Of a stretch of DNA of 64,000 nucleotides, positions 51,213 to 64,000 are shown one piece after another. The position numbers and the translations under genes are program-made. Each line of letters starts with the position of its first letter. Position 1 is the stretch's first letter. Source of the stretch: Azolla caroliniana (taxonomy: Eukaryota > Plantae > Polypodiophyta); the NCBI GenBank assembly GCA_043228905.1, contig JBHGNT010000015.1, positions 868,001 through 932,000 of the forward strand. The letters run 5' to 3'. The notes beneath the pieces were generated by a model. The model saw nothing but the letters and a program-made list of their open reading frames with translations, was not told the DNA's origin and ran no database searches.

Positions 51213-54200
51213 ACACAGAGAATACGCAAGGTAAAAGTATATTGACAAAGGAGAAAGACTCAACATTATACAATGTGGGAGGAGGGTGCTTTATGTAGTC
51301 ACCCTATCTCTTCATTAACTACAAGCCTCATGGAGCATGGGGAATGTGAAAGCTCATAAGTTATGTGTCATAGAATATGATTCTATGACTTATACTAAAT
51401 GCTAGAATACAAAGTGGTGACATAATGGTGACTCTTGACCGTTTGAGTGTCTCTTCACTCTCAAGGTGAGTTCACACACTAGACCAAGTTGAGCTTGATT
51501 CTCAACACGCCCCCTCAAGCTCAAGTCGGGTCGGTTTTAGACGGTATCTGAAATCCGCTTCAACTCGCATTCCGGAGTCCGCGTCGACTCGCGTCGGCTC
51601 GCTTTATGCAGAGTTGCGGAATCCGTGCTCCAGCTTGCATTGTGCGTAGTTATGAAGTCTGTGCTTCGACTTGTGTGCATAGTTGCGAAGTCTGTGCTTC
51701 GGCTTGCGTCTTTCTTCGCGGCTTTGCACGGTAGATCGGCTCTTCGCTGCTTCATTGCGTGGTTGCGGAATCCATGCGTTATTGCGTAGTGTCTTCAGTA
51801 CTCCCCCTCAATCTTGGCAGGTCAGGGATCGTCAATCTGAGATCGGTCATGAATTGCCATAGCTTGTCGACTCCTAAGGCTTTAGTGAAGATGTCGGCCA
51901 TTTGAAGATTGGTGCTAATGTGTTGTAGGTCGACATCGCCAGCCAGAACGCGCTCTCGGATGAAGTGATAGTGCACTTCGATGTGCTTTGTCCGCGCGTG
52001 GAACACCGGGTTCCGAGCCAAATAGATACTGCTCATGTTGTCGCAGTAAAGGGAAGTCGGATCCTTGATGGGTATGCCCATATCCTTCAAAATCCTCTTG
52101 AGCCATACAGCTTCACATGCAGCTACGGTTGCGCCCCTATATTCCGCCTCTGTACTCGAAAGAGCGACGGTAGGCTGCTTCTGGCTACTCCAGGATATTG
52201 CTCCGTTGCCGAGGGAGAAAACAAATACAGAGGTTGATCTTCTATCGACTTTGTAGCCGGCCCAATCGGTGTCTGTGTACCCCTCGAGTCGTATTGGCAT
52301 TGCGGTCTTGTAAAGGATGTCGCAATCCATTGTGCCGCTCACGTATCGTAGAACTCGCTTAGCACAATCCAAGTGAGTATCACGCGGTGTTTGCAGGAAT
52401 TGGCTAAGGAGACCGACCGGATAACTGAGATTGAGTCGAGTGATCGTGAGGTAGATTAGACTCCCGATGAGTTGCCGATACTGAGTCGGCTCACGCGCTT
52501 TGGTGCCAGAGTTCGCATCTAGTTTGAGATTACGATCGAGAGGGGTTGTCACGGATTTGCACTTAGCCATCCCGAACTTGTATAACAAGTTGAGGATGTA
52601 GTGCCGTCGAGAGATCATGGTTCCGGCCGGAGTCCGAATTACCTCAATGCCGAGGAAGTAGTGGAGCTCCTTCATGTCCGTCATCTCGAACTTGTCGGAA
52701 AGGAGGGATTTGACCTTAGTGATTTCGACGAGATGCTCACCTCCAATGACTAGGTCATTCACATATAAGATGATGACGATCAGACTTGCGGAATCGCTTC
52801 GTATGTAGAGGGAGTTGTCCGATTTTGACATACGGAAGCTGATTTGATGAAGATATTGCGTTATCTTCGAATGCCAAGCACGCGGTGCTTGCTTGAGGCC
52901 ATAGAGTGGCTTCTTGAGTCGGCAAACAACCTTCGGATGGGTGCTCGAGTTGAAGCCGGGTGGTTGGATCATGTACACCTCCTCTTCTAATTCGCCTTGT
53001 AGAAAGGCGTTCTTGACGTCCATTTGATGGAGGTGCCACCCTTTCGCCACGACAATCGTAATTACGGTTCGCACCGTCGTCATCTTTGCCACCGGGGCAA
53101 AGGTCTCTTTGTAGTCGACGCCATGCGTCTGAGCGTATCCTTTCGCTACGAGTCGAGCTTTGTAGCGGTTTACGGAGCCATCGACGTTATACTTCACCTT
53201 GTAGATCCATCTGCATCCGATTGCCTTTTTGTGTGGTGAGGTGGGAACGAGATCCCACGTCTCGTTCTTCCGTAGTGCCTGCATCTCCTCGTTCATTACT
53301 TTGATCCATCGCGGGTCATTCGCGGCTTCCGAAAAGGTTTCCGGCACCCGTACTGTTGCTACCTTCATCATAAAGGCGTAATGGTACACCATATAATCGT
53401 TGTAGCCGAATCGGCTTATGGGGTTCTTTTCCCGAGTGGATCGGCGGAGCTTTTCATTTGCAGAGATGAGGGCTTTCTTAGCTCCGATTGGTAACTCGAA
53501 ATCGCCGAACTCACTGTCGAGTGAGTGAATCGACTCATCGTCGTTGAAGCGATTATCTTCGTATTCCGACATTTTCTCCTTGCCTTTGTCCATCTTCGAG
53601 CTAGGCCGTGATGTGCTTTGATCACTCAAAGGCTCTTGTGGTCCGCTCAATCGAGTCGTGATCGGACTTTCTTCAAATATGCGCATAAGGCGATCTTCAT
53701 CCTCGATCTCTTGTTCGACGAATTCCGGGTCGAGCGGAGTCGGAGTCGGAGTTGTCTCTGGTGCGTACCAGGATGTGGACTCGTCAAAAACGATGTCTCG
53801 ACTTACTCGAGATTTTCAAGTTGAGGGGCTGTAGCACTTGTACCCCTTTTGCTCCAATGAGTATCCTATGAGGATACATTTCTCCGACTTCGGGTCAAGC
53901 TTTTGACGCTTCTTGTCGGGGATGTGCACGTACGCTATCGCGCCGAATATCCGGATGTGCGATAAGTCCGGCTTCTTTCCGAAGTATTTTTCGTGCGGAG
54001 TGACCTCGTGCACGCCGGATCTTGTGCACCGGTTCATTAGGTAGACAGCCGTATTTGCAGCTTTGGCCCAATATGACTTGGGCATATGCTTCTCGTTCAT
54101 CATGGCCCGCGCTACTTCGAGGATGTGCCGATTTTTGCGCTCAGCTACCCCGTTTTGTTACGGAGTGTGTCGGCAAGTGAATTCTCGCCGAATTCCTTCC

Positions 54201-57189
54201 TTTCGGAGATACGCAATGAAATCGTCGGAGAAGTACTCCTTATCGCCATCCGATTGAAGACAACGTACATGTCGACCCGTGGCTTTCTTGACTTCATTCA
54301 TGAATGTTTGGTAGTGTCTGAACACTTCGCTCTTTTGCCGCATCGGGTAGATCCAAGTGTACCTAGAGAAGTCGTCGATGAAGAGCATGTAATATCGGCA
54401 TCCGCCGAATGTCGCCGTCTGTGTCGGTCCCCATACGTCGGAATGGACTACGTCGAGTAGACCTTTGCTCACGTTCCGCTCTTTCGAGAATGGGTGTCGG
54501 TGTTGCTTGCCGAATTGGCACGCTTCGCATACACTTTCAATCTCCTTCTCTTTGAATGTTGGGAGTCCGATGACGACTCCTTTCGATTTCATTGCTTTGA
54601 GTTTGTTGAGATTGATGTGGCTGATTCGCTTGTGTCATAGCTCTATGTCGGAGTCGACTATCGTGTTTTTCGCGAACATGGTGGATTTCATCTCGTGTGA
54701 ATCGAGAATAAACATTCGGCCCTCTCTTCGTCCACGTGCGATGAGTCAGCCCTCTTTTTCGATGAAGCAACCGCCTTGATTAAATCGAACTTGCATCCCT
54801 TGCTCTACAATTTGGCCGACGGAGACCAAATTCTTTGTAATGGTCGGTACATGCAAGACATTTTTAATGTAATTTTGCTTACCTTCTTTTCCGAACGGAA
54901 CATTCCCAATGTGCCGAAATCGGGTGCGTAGTGTCGTCTCCGGTTTCGACATAGCCGGGTCGGTCTGGCTCTCGAAGTTCTCGGAACCATTCTTGATGCG
55001 ATGTCATATGGTTCAAGGCACCGGAATCGACGAACCATACGTCTTCCGGACTGGAGGCACTAGTTGAGGTAGTGGCCGACATAGAGTTTGCTCTATGTTT
55101 GATCATGAACATTCCGCCACGGTCGGAGTTGTGTGCATACATTCTGCCACGATCTTCGTAGTCGGAGTTGTGTGCGTAATTCGTGAGTTGTCGGCTTGTG
55201 GAAGCCGATTCATGCATCTTCTTTTGGCACTCTTCTTCGTGGTGGCCGAGCTTTCCGCAATATCCGCATTCGGTTGCGTTTTGACGGCTCGGGCCGGAGT
55301 GGAAGCTCCCCCTTCTTGCGAAGGTTCCTCGTTGGCCTCCATTTTGCGGCCGAATTTGGGAGTTGTTGTCGTAGGTCGGACCTCATTCGCCTTGTCCTTG
55401 GCCGAATCGGCCTCTCGCTCGTTCGCGTCCTCTTCCTCCATTAGAGTGTGTGTAGAGCATGTGGCCTTCTGACTCATTGCTCCTTGTATGCACGTGGTTT
55501 TGTTTGACCAATAGCATTGATTGGAGCTCGAAGAAGGAGGGAGATTTCTCCCGTGCTAGAACGGCGGTTCGCATCGCGCCGAAGCGTGGTGCGAGGCCAC
55601 CGAGGCATATTATGCACGTGGTTTTGTTTGACCAATAGCATTGATTGGAGCTCGAAGAAGGAGGGAGATTTCTCCCGTGCTAGAACGGCGGTTCGCATCA
55701 CGCCGAAGCGTGGTGCGAGGCCACCGAGGCATATTTGCACCATCTCGTCATCATCTATACTTACGCTTATTGAGCCGAGCGAGTCGCAAAGCTCCTTGAT
55801 CTTCAAAGTGTATGTCGTGATGGACATGTCCCTTTGTTGAATGTTGTTCAACTCTTGGCGGAGTTGAAGCTTCCTCGCGGTCGTGTTGGCGGCGAAAATC
55901 TTTCGTAGATTTTCCCACGCTTCCTTCAACGTCTTGGCTTCTCGAATGTAACCGAGCATGTGGTCGTGAACACTTGTCGCCAAACAATACATCACGCGGC
56001 TTGCGGCTTGCTCCCATGTCGCGTATCCGGGAGCGCTTCGGCAAGTCGGTCTTCATGCGCTCCTTTGATGTAGCTCCAATAGCCTTGTCTGACAAGGTAT
56101 TGGTGCATCTTGTACTCCCAAGATGCGAAGTTGTTTCAATCCAACTTCTCGGTAGGGAGAGCGCTTCCCATTTGAGTATTCATTATGTCGATTCTTCTTC
56201 TTCTTCTTCTCTCTTCGAATGCGAGCTATGTAGGGAAGCTACGATAGCTATGAGCCAGTTCTTGGTCATCGGCGTAGATGGTACGAGCATGACCATATAA
56301 TATCCCGTGGTAAGAATTTACCGTAGTATTCTATACATGTGGATAAGTGTGAGGGTTAAACGAGAGTGTAAAGAAGGGGAGGATTACTTTTAATCCTCGG
56401 GATTGAGACAACCCATTAGGTCAAGTGTGAACTTGCCTGGGGGCCTTGGGTATCGCTATAAATAAGAGGCCTAGCTACCCTCATTGGATCATCTTTTGAC
56501 TACATCGAGACTCTGCTCTTGTGGTGGGTCAACTCTTGTAGCGAGCGTGCCAGCACCAGGTACGACTCGACGCCACGGCGGTGGTATGGGACGCCGATCG
56601 AGGCTCGAGTCCGTCTCGATCCCTTCGCTCGGGGGTGGTCGGGTGGATCGGCACCCTTCTTTCTCTTTCTCCTTTCTATCTATCATTTCTTTATCCTTAT
56701 CTTAAGCTTACGTTAGTATTTAGATCTATAATAGTAGAGCACAACACACGATCACGATGAGGCGAATGGGCTAGATCGAGCTACCAAATCGCTCTAATAC
56801 CATGTAAAGAATCAAGAGATGGATTCTTGTGAAGCGGAAGAGATGTGAGTTATGTGTGTGTGTAAGAGAGAGAGTGAGTGAGTGAGTGAGTGAAACACAG
56901 AGAATACGCAAGGTAAAAGTATATTGACAAAGGAGAAAGACTCAACATTATACAATGTGGGAGGAGGGTGCTTTATGTAGTCACCCTCTCTCTTTATTAA
57001 CTATAAGCCTCATGGAGCATGGGGAATGTGAAAGCTCATAAGTTATGTGTCATAGAATATGATTCTATGACTTATACTAAATGCTAGAATACAAAGTGGT
57101 GACATAATGGTGACTCTTGACCGTTTGAGTGTCTCTTCACTCTCAAGGTGAGTTCACACACTAGACCAAGTTGAGCTTGATTCTCAACA
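51117..57189 (-). mobile_element. Full-length, non-functional Ty1/Copia LTR retrotransposon
   Basis: Near-identical TG...CA LTRs at 51117-51507 and 56803-57189; 5-bp TSD CATCG; PBS TGGTATTAGAGC (tRNA-iMet type, 56802-56791); PPT at 51518-51508. Order gag (from about 56183), protease (WFVDSGA), integrase, RT, RNase H. Has stops and frameshifts, and RT YVDD is changed to YVND. Confidence 0.97.
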
Positions 57190-58795
57190 CATCGCCCAAT
57201 TTCTTGCCTCTTTCTCTAGAGGGAGGCCTTTCTCTCAAATAGACAATAGAAGCTTTTCTCTCGACCCGCTCGTACTTGAGGACATTAATTAGTCATTATG
57301 TGATATCAACGTAGTCATCCATCTCATATGGGTATATATGCTATTAAGAGAGGAACACACACACGAATAGCCTAAAACATTTGGGTAACTGGACATCTTA
57401 CAAAGCAATTTTGAAACAATATTGCATGGGCTACAAATCTCTATAGCATCTCACAATGTGTAGTTGAGGTATCAAAATTTATCGTGCTTTCATCCTCCAC
57501 TACACTTTGTAAGCCACATGAGTCTAAAGTAGAATACGAGGAAATTTTCTTTCAATGCTTTCACAACGCAACATCACGGGGATCAATTCTCTTTTAGATA
57601 TGTCGTTATTGATTTGGGACTTTCTAAAACATTGTTCTTCTCGTTTTGACTTTGGATAACCATCATAAATTCATACTTTTGCATTTTCTAAATTGTACTT
57701 GTCCATTCATTATTTGATGTGCCATGAATGTCTTCATCTTTTATACACACATTGTTGTTGACAATGGGGGTTTCTAATGTACCCTTATTCATACTTTGAT
57801 GTGGACAATTGATCACATTGCCTTATCCTTAGTAATGCCATCAATAAACAACAACTCATCTTGGACACAACACATTCATTAGCATGCATTGCCTTTTAAT
57901 AGGGTAATGTTACTCATTTAATTCTTGACCTTAGCGAACCAAATCATTAGATAGCATGCATGACCTTGAACTAAAACAAGTGTCCAAACTCTTTGGGTTA
58001 ACTAGAGGTAAACACAATGGAGACAATTTTTTTCATCGCCGAAACCCAAAGGCTTCAAGAGGTGTTGAGTTTGCTCACCCACTCGAGTTCACGTGCCTAT
58101 GGTAAGTTATCACTGTTAGGTCAAGGGAAAATTACAAACAACAATGATCACCGAATAATGCTCCAAACCGAATGCAATGATTTGAAACATGCAAGATGAT
58201 ACTAGAGCTTTTGGAACTTGCACATTCACAATGAAGAAGGGCCTCGAGACATGCAAACATCTATGGTGACCATATGCATTCACTCAATGACCATATATAC
58301 GACACAAAGAGAGATTAGATTAGATTATATATATATTTTTTGGCGTCCATAGTCTATAGAGAGACCGATATTGACCCACGGGACCTAAGTACACAAGTTT
58401 CCCAATGCGTGTCTCCTTCCTATGAAGGGATATTCATACTTCAAAGCACAAAGTAGAGAGAGAGAGAAAGATTACAAAAAGACCAAGGGAAAAAAATCCA
58501 AAACACTCTCGAAGGTTTTCTTTATTTATCAAAATGCCCATGAGGCTATACTTATTTACAAAAAGTGCCCCCGAGTTTTCCTTTATATCTTTAGGTAGCT
58601 CAAGCAAAAAAAGCTAGGATAAAATAAAGATCATGTAATGGCTCGACGAATATATCATATGATGGGTTGACTAAGGGGCCTACGGAAAAGGAAAGAAGAG
58701 AACTTTGAGCTAAGCTAAGCTAAGGCTCAATAGAGATAATGTGTTCATTTTTCTCATGACAACTCCATGCCGTGTAGTGTGCCATGGGTCCAAAT

Positions 58796-59100
58796 CATAG
58801 TACGTAATATACTCGAATGCACTGGCAAAGCATTCTCGCTTCACACGAATGAAAAACGAATGCGTATGTTATAAAAACATATATATTTTTTATTACACTT
58901 TTTACCTTAACTTTCTTACCTTAATTCCTTTTTTTTTTTTAACCTTATAATAAATAATGAATACAGAAGTGTTTTTTTTTACACTTTTTACATTAAAATT
59001 TTTTACCTTATAATAAATAACGAATACAGAAGAATGGTAAATACATACTTCGAGGGTGTTTACCATACTCGAAATGCACGCATGGTACGTATGGTTCATA
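58796..59100. mobile_element. MITE-like element, same family as 4908-5141
   Basis: Shares terminal and internal blocks with the 4.9-kb copy. Flanks GTCCAAAT / GTTCAAAT could be an imperfect 8-bp TSD. Confidence 0.65.
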
Positions 59101-59373
59101 GTTCAAATATATTATGTAGATAGAAAAGAAGAAGAAGAAGAAGAAAGAAGAAAGGATTTGTGATTAGGTATATATTATGTATATATGTATGTGTGTATGT
59201 AAAGCCAATTATGAGCAAGCAGCCCTTCTCTCTGTTCTCTCTATATTTCTCAACAGAAACAGGGGACTCCGATTTCCATCAAATAGCGTGTTCCATTCCT
59301 CTGCGCACACATACACTCTTTCTCTCTGCCTCTCTGCTTCTCTGCTTCTTTTCTGTGTCTGTGTCTCAGAGCC

Positions 59374-62300
59374 ATGGATGACGACTGGGGTAAGCTCATT
59401 CCTGCCTTTTCATCTTTATTCTTTTCTGCAGGTATATCTAATGATGCTTGCCTTCCTCTTCCTCTTTTTTTGTTTTAAAACCTCTTTATCTTTCCTCTTT
59501 GATGTGACTAATCTACGAAGAAGCTTGGAATTTGATTGGCATATTGAACTAGATGTGCTCTTCCTCTGCATAAATGGTCCACTTTTAGCTCTGCAGTTTG
59601 ACCTTTGCCTTTATTAGACTGTGTGTAAATATGTACGTGTATGTAATGTGTGTTTATATACACACATATAAAACATTCTCTTTTCTTAGTTCATAAGAAA
59701 TGATAACGTTCAGAATCAGAAGATTTTGTACCTCCTCCTCCAACAATTGCAAGAGAGCAGCCAAAAGGTCTATGGGATGATGAAGATGTTGGCGAAGATG
59801 AGGGCGTCAAGGAGTCTTGGGAAGATGAAGAAAAACTCGAGTTGGTATGCATTTACTCTTTTGAATCTTCTTTTGTCTGTGTATAGTGATGAAATTTAAG
59901 TAATTCATCCTTGAAGATTTTGGATCTTAAGATTTATGTCTTGTAAGATATTGAAGGTAGGTATATCCTACTCCTACATCTCCTTTTAAGGTTTTATTTG
60001 TTAATGTTTGTAAAAATGATCCACAATCTATTCTTGAAAGACCTGTATATATTATGCTAATATGTCTTGTAACTAGTAAGACTGTAAGGAAATGATTAAT
60101 TATCAGGATCCAATTCTTAAGGAGCTTTTAGATATCAAGGTTTTATGCAATGTCCAACTGTAATGATCAAGCAGTTCTTAAAGGTCGTCAGATCTTAAGG
60201 TTTTATGTCATGTTAGTCTGTAACTAATTATGGACATGCTTTGATTCTTGCATATTTTAGATAATATAATTTATGTCTTGTAATGTCATAAGATAATTAT
60301 GAAATTGAGAAAATAGATCCTTAAAAGATCTTGAGATTGACTACGCTACCTAAAAGACTGCTCATGAATGCATTGTTATTCTAACTTGTCCAATTCTAAG
60401 ATAGTATTAGAACAATCATGAAGGTTTACTATGTTGTGTAGTGCTGTAAACTTAAAAATTGAAACAGTAGATTCTTAACGAGCTCCAGATATGGTTGTCT
60501 ATGCAAGTTAATGCAATCTTCAACTCCATTTCTGCATGTTTTCGTGTCCTATCTTATGTGAATTTAAGATAGTTCAGGAGACTCTGATAATGTGTATTGT
60601 TCTCCAAAGATTGATAAACAATCTGTCTCTGTTAACTTTAATAATTTTCTATCACAAATGCTTCAATGAGATGCGTATGTTATCTACCGTTCTTTTTTCT
60701 AGATGATTGGCTTTCATCCAAATTCCAACACGTGAAGATCATAATAGAGATCTTTTGAATCCTTTTAGTTTAACTATAAAAGCTCAACAGTTAATATGTT
60801 TCCAGGTGGCCTGTTGACCAATTTACGAGGCTGCATAAAAGTTCTCATCTCCCCATTAGTTAAAGATTGGAAAAACTTCATTTGTTGCTAGAGCCATCCT
60901 TGCTGAGAAATCATCCAGTTAATTCAGGAATCAAATGGATCTTTCTCTACAACCAGTTAATGCAAGATTCTGGAATCATAGTATATTCTCATTGACGCAA
61001 CTTTTGCACAAAATGCCTATTTTTTATTAACCCTAATTGCTGTTGAGTGCCTCAAACAAGAATTGACATTGATTGGGTTTTGAGGAACACTTTTCGAGAA
61101 TTCTTTTATCAGTCAGAACCATGTAGAAAATTTGTAATATTGAGAATTTTGATAACGCATTACCTTATGCGATGGATGTGCCTTTGGTATTGGATGGAGT
61201 AAATCCATTGACCTTGGGACATTCTAGAAATATTGATAATGGAGCATGGGCAATTATTATCAAGATATCAAATATGGAATATGGTCTTTATGCGCTTCTT
61301 ATGAGTGCTTTTGCAACCTCAGAAATGTTGTAGAGGTTTCTTACCAGCGGCAGGAAGTGGATTAGCCCAAAATTATGTGCTCTAGACTCTCTGTCTTTTA
61401 TGGAAGCTGTCCAGGATTGTATTCATCTTGTGTTATAGTGTAGAGCTATGTTTTGTATCAACTGCAGAGCTGCAAAACTCCTACGTTCACTGCAATGTTG
61501 TTAGATTACTGGTGATTATATGATTCCATAGCATCAGGAAATAGTTTATATATTCTGCAAATGTATAACTACCTTCAAAATTCAAATAAGACCTGATGAG
61601 GACCATTTGGGCTTTCAATTTATACATGGGGAGAATGAGACATATTTTCACTTCTCTTATCTGTCTGCAAGAATGTTAATGTTGTGTCTTGAAGTGAAAT
61701 TAAATAAAATGCTATGACACTTACATCTTTCTATTGGTTTTCAGGTGAAGGCCCCTGCTGCAGTTCCAGTAAAAGCAAAAGCTGAGAAGAAAAAGGCATT
61801 ACAAACAAAAAAAGAGGCTGCAGTAGAAGGAAAGAAGAAACTTACTCCTCAAGAGGAAGCTGCTAACATACTGGAAGAGAAGCTTAGGCAACAAAGGTTA
61901 TAACACTAGCTTAGTTGAACACCATGAATTATAATGGCAGTGATGATTCAAAATGTATTGCATTAATCCAGATTGGTGGAGGAATCTGATTATCAAGCTA
62001 CAACAGAGCTTTTTGGTCAGAGTAGCACAGTTCAGTCATTGGACGATTTCATTCCAAAGTCAGAAAGTGATTTCCTTGAATATGCAGAGCTTGTGGCACA
62101 GAAAATAAGGTTATATGAGGTAAAATGTTAAGAAAATATTACTTTTTTGCCTTCATCACAAGCATTGGATTTCTTTGTAGTATGTTGGAAATTCTTGTTT
62201 TTCTTTGGACAGAAAAGCTTTCATTACCTTGCATTGCTCAAAACTACGATTCGACATTCCATGACATCCCTAAAAGCCGCAGATGCAAAAGATGTTGCCT

Positions 62301-62683
62301 CAAGTGTATCAGTGATTGCAAATGAGAAATTGAAAGCCGAGAAGGATGCCGCGGGAAAGAAGAAGACTGGTATGGAATGTATTCATGCAATTCGCATCAC
62401 TATCTATATAGACATGAAAAATATGAATTATGCCCATATAGTAGGGATACTTTGGCCAGCAGTATATGATGATTTAATGGAAGTATGAAGGTAGGGTCAA
62501 TATTACCCCTAATAGGAAGGGCAAATTCAATATTTTCCGTACTATAAACGATATATAACATGAATCATCATTCTAAAATTTGTTAATGCAGGACCTAAAA
62601 AGAAGCAGCTACACCTAGATAAACCAGATGAGGACACTGTCGTGAATGCATATGATGAATTTGATAATGATGATTTCATGTAG
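59374..62683 (+). CDS. eIF3j: Eukaryotic translation initiation factor 3 subunit J (231 aa)
   Basis: Exons 59374-59389, 59714-59844, 61745-61896, 61972-62119, 62213-62369, 62592-62683 are phase-consistent. MDDDWESE...WDDED...VKESWEDEE...EKLRQQRLVEESDY..T.ELFG...LDDFIPKSESDFLEYA...DDFM*. Confidence 0.95.
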
Positions 62684-63210
62684 ATATGCTTACATGGAAA
62701 CTATCTTTATTCAATTGTTGAGAGAACTGAACTCCAATCTAGCTGGAGTTATTGAGAAGCACAGGAGTTCTTATTGCTGCTCTCATTGTATTGCCTAGAG
62801 TTTTTTGCTTTTGTTTTCGGAATCGTCGAGGTCAGGTTATAGTGGCTTATTGATTCAGGATGAGTCACTAGATCGATAATGCCAAGTGTAATGGAGCCGG
62901 GAGTTAAAGTGGATAGTTGGATTTAATCTTTGGATGTTGTATTCAACATTTAAACATTATAACTCTCTAATCACTGATTTTGGTAATGTCTATGCTCACT
63001 ATTCAAAACATATTGACTTTTTTCTGAGAAATGTATGAGTTTCTTTATGATAGGCCTTTTTGTATCCTTTGTTTGACATTTGTCACTCGTTAATAATTGA
63101 ATAATGGCCCTAATGTTGGAAGGTGCACAACTAACTGATTCAGTTTTGTAGGTGTCAATCACCCTTGAGTTTGTCTGACTAGCAAAGTCACTCACTCAGG
63201 AATCTTTCAA

Positions 63211-63430
63211 TCTAATCTCACCAATACACTACCAAACAATTAGAAATATACTTATGAAAGAGAGTTGATCAATTTATTAAATGTGTGGTGATATAGAGAG
63301 AGAGATATGGAGTAGAATCTTTTGTTCTAATCTCACCAATACACTACCAAACAATTAAGAAATATACTTATGAAAGAGAATTAATCAATTTATTAAATGT
63401 GGTGATATAGAGAGATATATATGGAGTAAT
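63211..63430. repeat. ~115-bp tandem duplication
   Basis: TCTAATCTCACCAATACACTACCAAACAATTA...ATATACTTATGAAAGAGA at about 63211 and 63326. Confidence 0.85.
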
Positions 63431-63809
63431 AGAGGTGAGAAAATTGGGTTTCAAACCCCCGAGACATAGTGTTAGTAGTGTGTAACAACTTACCACTAGG
63501 GTAAGCTAATTACTATGAGAGAATTTTTTTTGTAGATTCATGGTTTTATAATTTATGATGGACAAATAATGGTTAGCATGATATCATTAGTAGGCACATG
63601 GGGATGATAGAATAGAGTATTAGAGGTATGGGGTTTTCAAAGGCCTAATTTATAATGGCAAGATGTGGTTGAAAGAGGGTGGCATTTCCATCTTTCATTT
63701 AATGTGAAGGTTACTTAAATGGGGTTGGATGAAGAGGAATTGTGTTTATGTAACTTAGATGTACCCCTAGATGAAGTTCATATCAAGATTATGGTCTCGA
63801 GGTTGTGTT

Positions 63810-64000
63810 GAGGGTGATTTGTTTATCATGTAAACATACGTCATCAACGCCTCAACCTAGAAGGTCTTTGTCAGCTTGGCATGTGCTAGCATACTCCAAA
63901 CTCTCTCCATGATGGTTCAATTCATCCTCTCAGCCAACCCATTCAACTCCGGCATCTTCGGCACGGTGTATTCTAGCCGGATACCCTCTGACTGAGAGTA
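63810..64000 (-). mobile_element. Copia integrase fragment at the window edge
   Basis: GIRLEYTVPKMPELNGLAERMN*TIMERVWSMLAHAKLTKTF*VEAL: the rve core (P.QNG.AERMNRT..E..R.ML) with in-frame stops. Confidence 0.85.

Noticed and set aside
61897-61971. GTGATGA box-C-like motif in a short eIF3j intron
   Set aside because: The intron is only 75 nt, with no downstream box D (CTGA) or terminal stem; no snoRNA is supported.
1-62683. Functional cluster of translation/organelle genes (bL27, mtHsp70, RlmN-like, eIF3j, DUF1824)
   Set aside because: The genes act in different compartments and are interspersed with unrelated genes and TEs. Housekeeping genes are common, so chance is sufficient.

Overview
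A 64-kb stretch of a land-plant nuclear genome: AT-rich intergenic DNA, GT-AG introns, TTTAGGG repeats and plant TE families. Gene and TE content suggest a non-seed plant, probably a fern (inference). Eight protein-coding genes were reconstructed by hand: mitochondrial ribosomal protein bL27 (-, runs off the left edge), a plastid-targeted DUF1824-family protein (+), DUF1677 (-), mitochondrial Hsp70 (-), DUF1635 (-), an intronless SMI1/KNR4-like protein (+), a 10-exon RlmN-like radical SAM protein (-) and eIF3j (+). Mobile DNA includes a full-length but dead Ty1/Copia with TSD, a Pack-MULE carrying a PB1-domain gene fragment, hAT-type MITEs and LINE/LTR remnants. The most notable observation is the RlmN-like gene. 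It has an intact spliced frame and Fe-S motif, but the essential methyl-carrier cysteine motif (RxxRG...AACGQL) reads HPSHG...AGFGQL, suggesting a pseudoenzyme or a repurposed radical SAM enzyme. Family calls come from motif recognition only; no database search was run.
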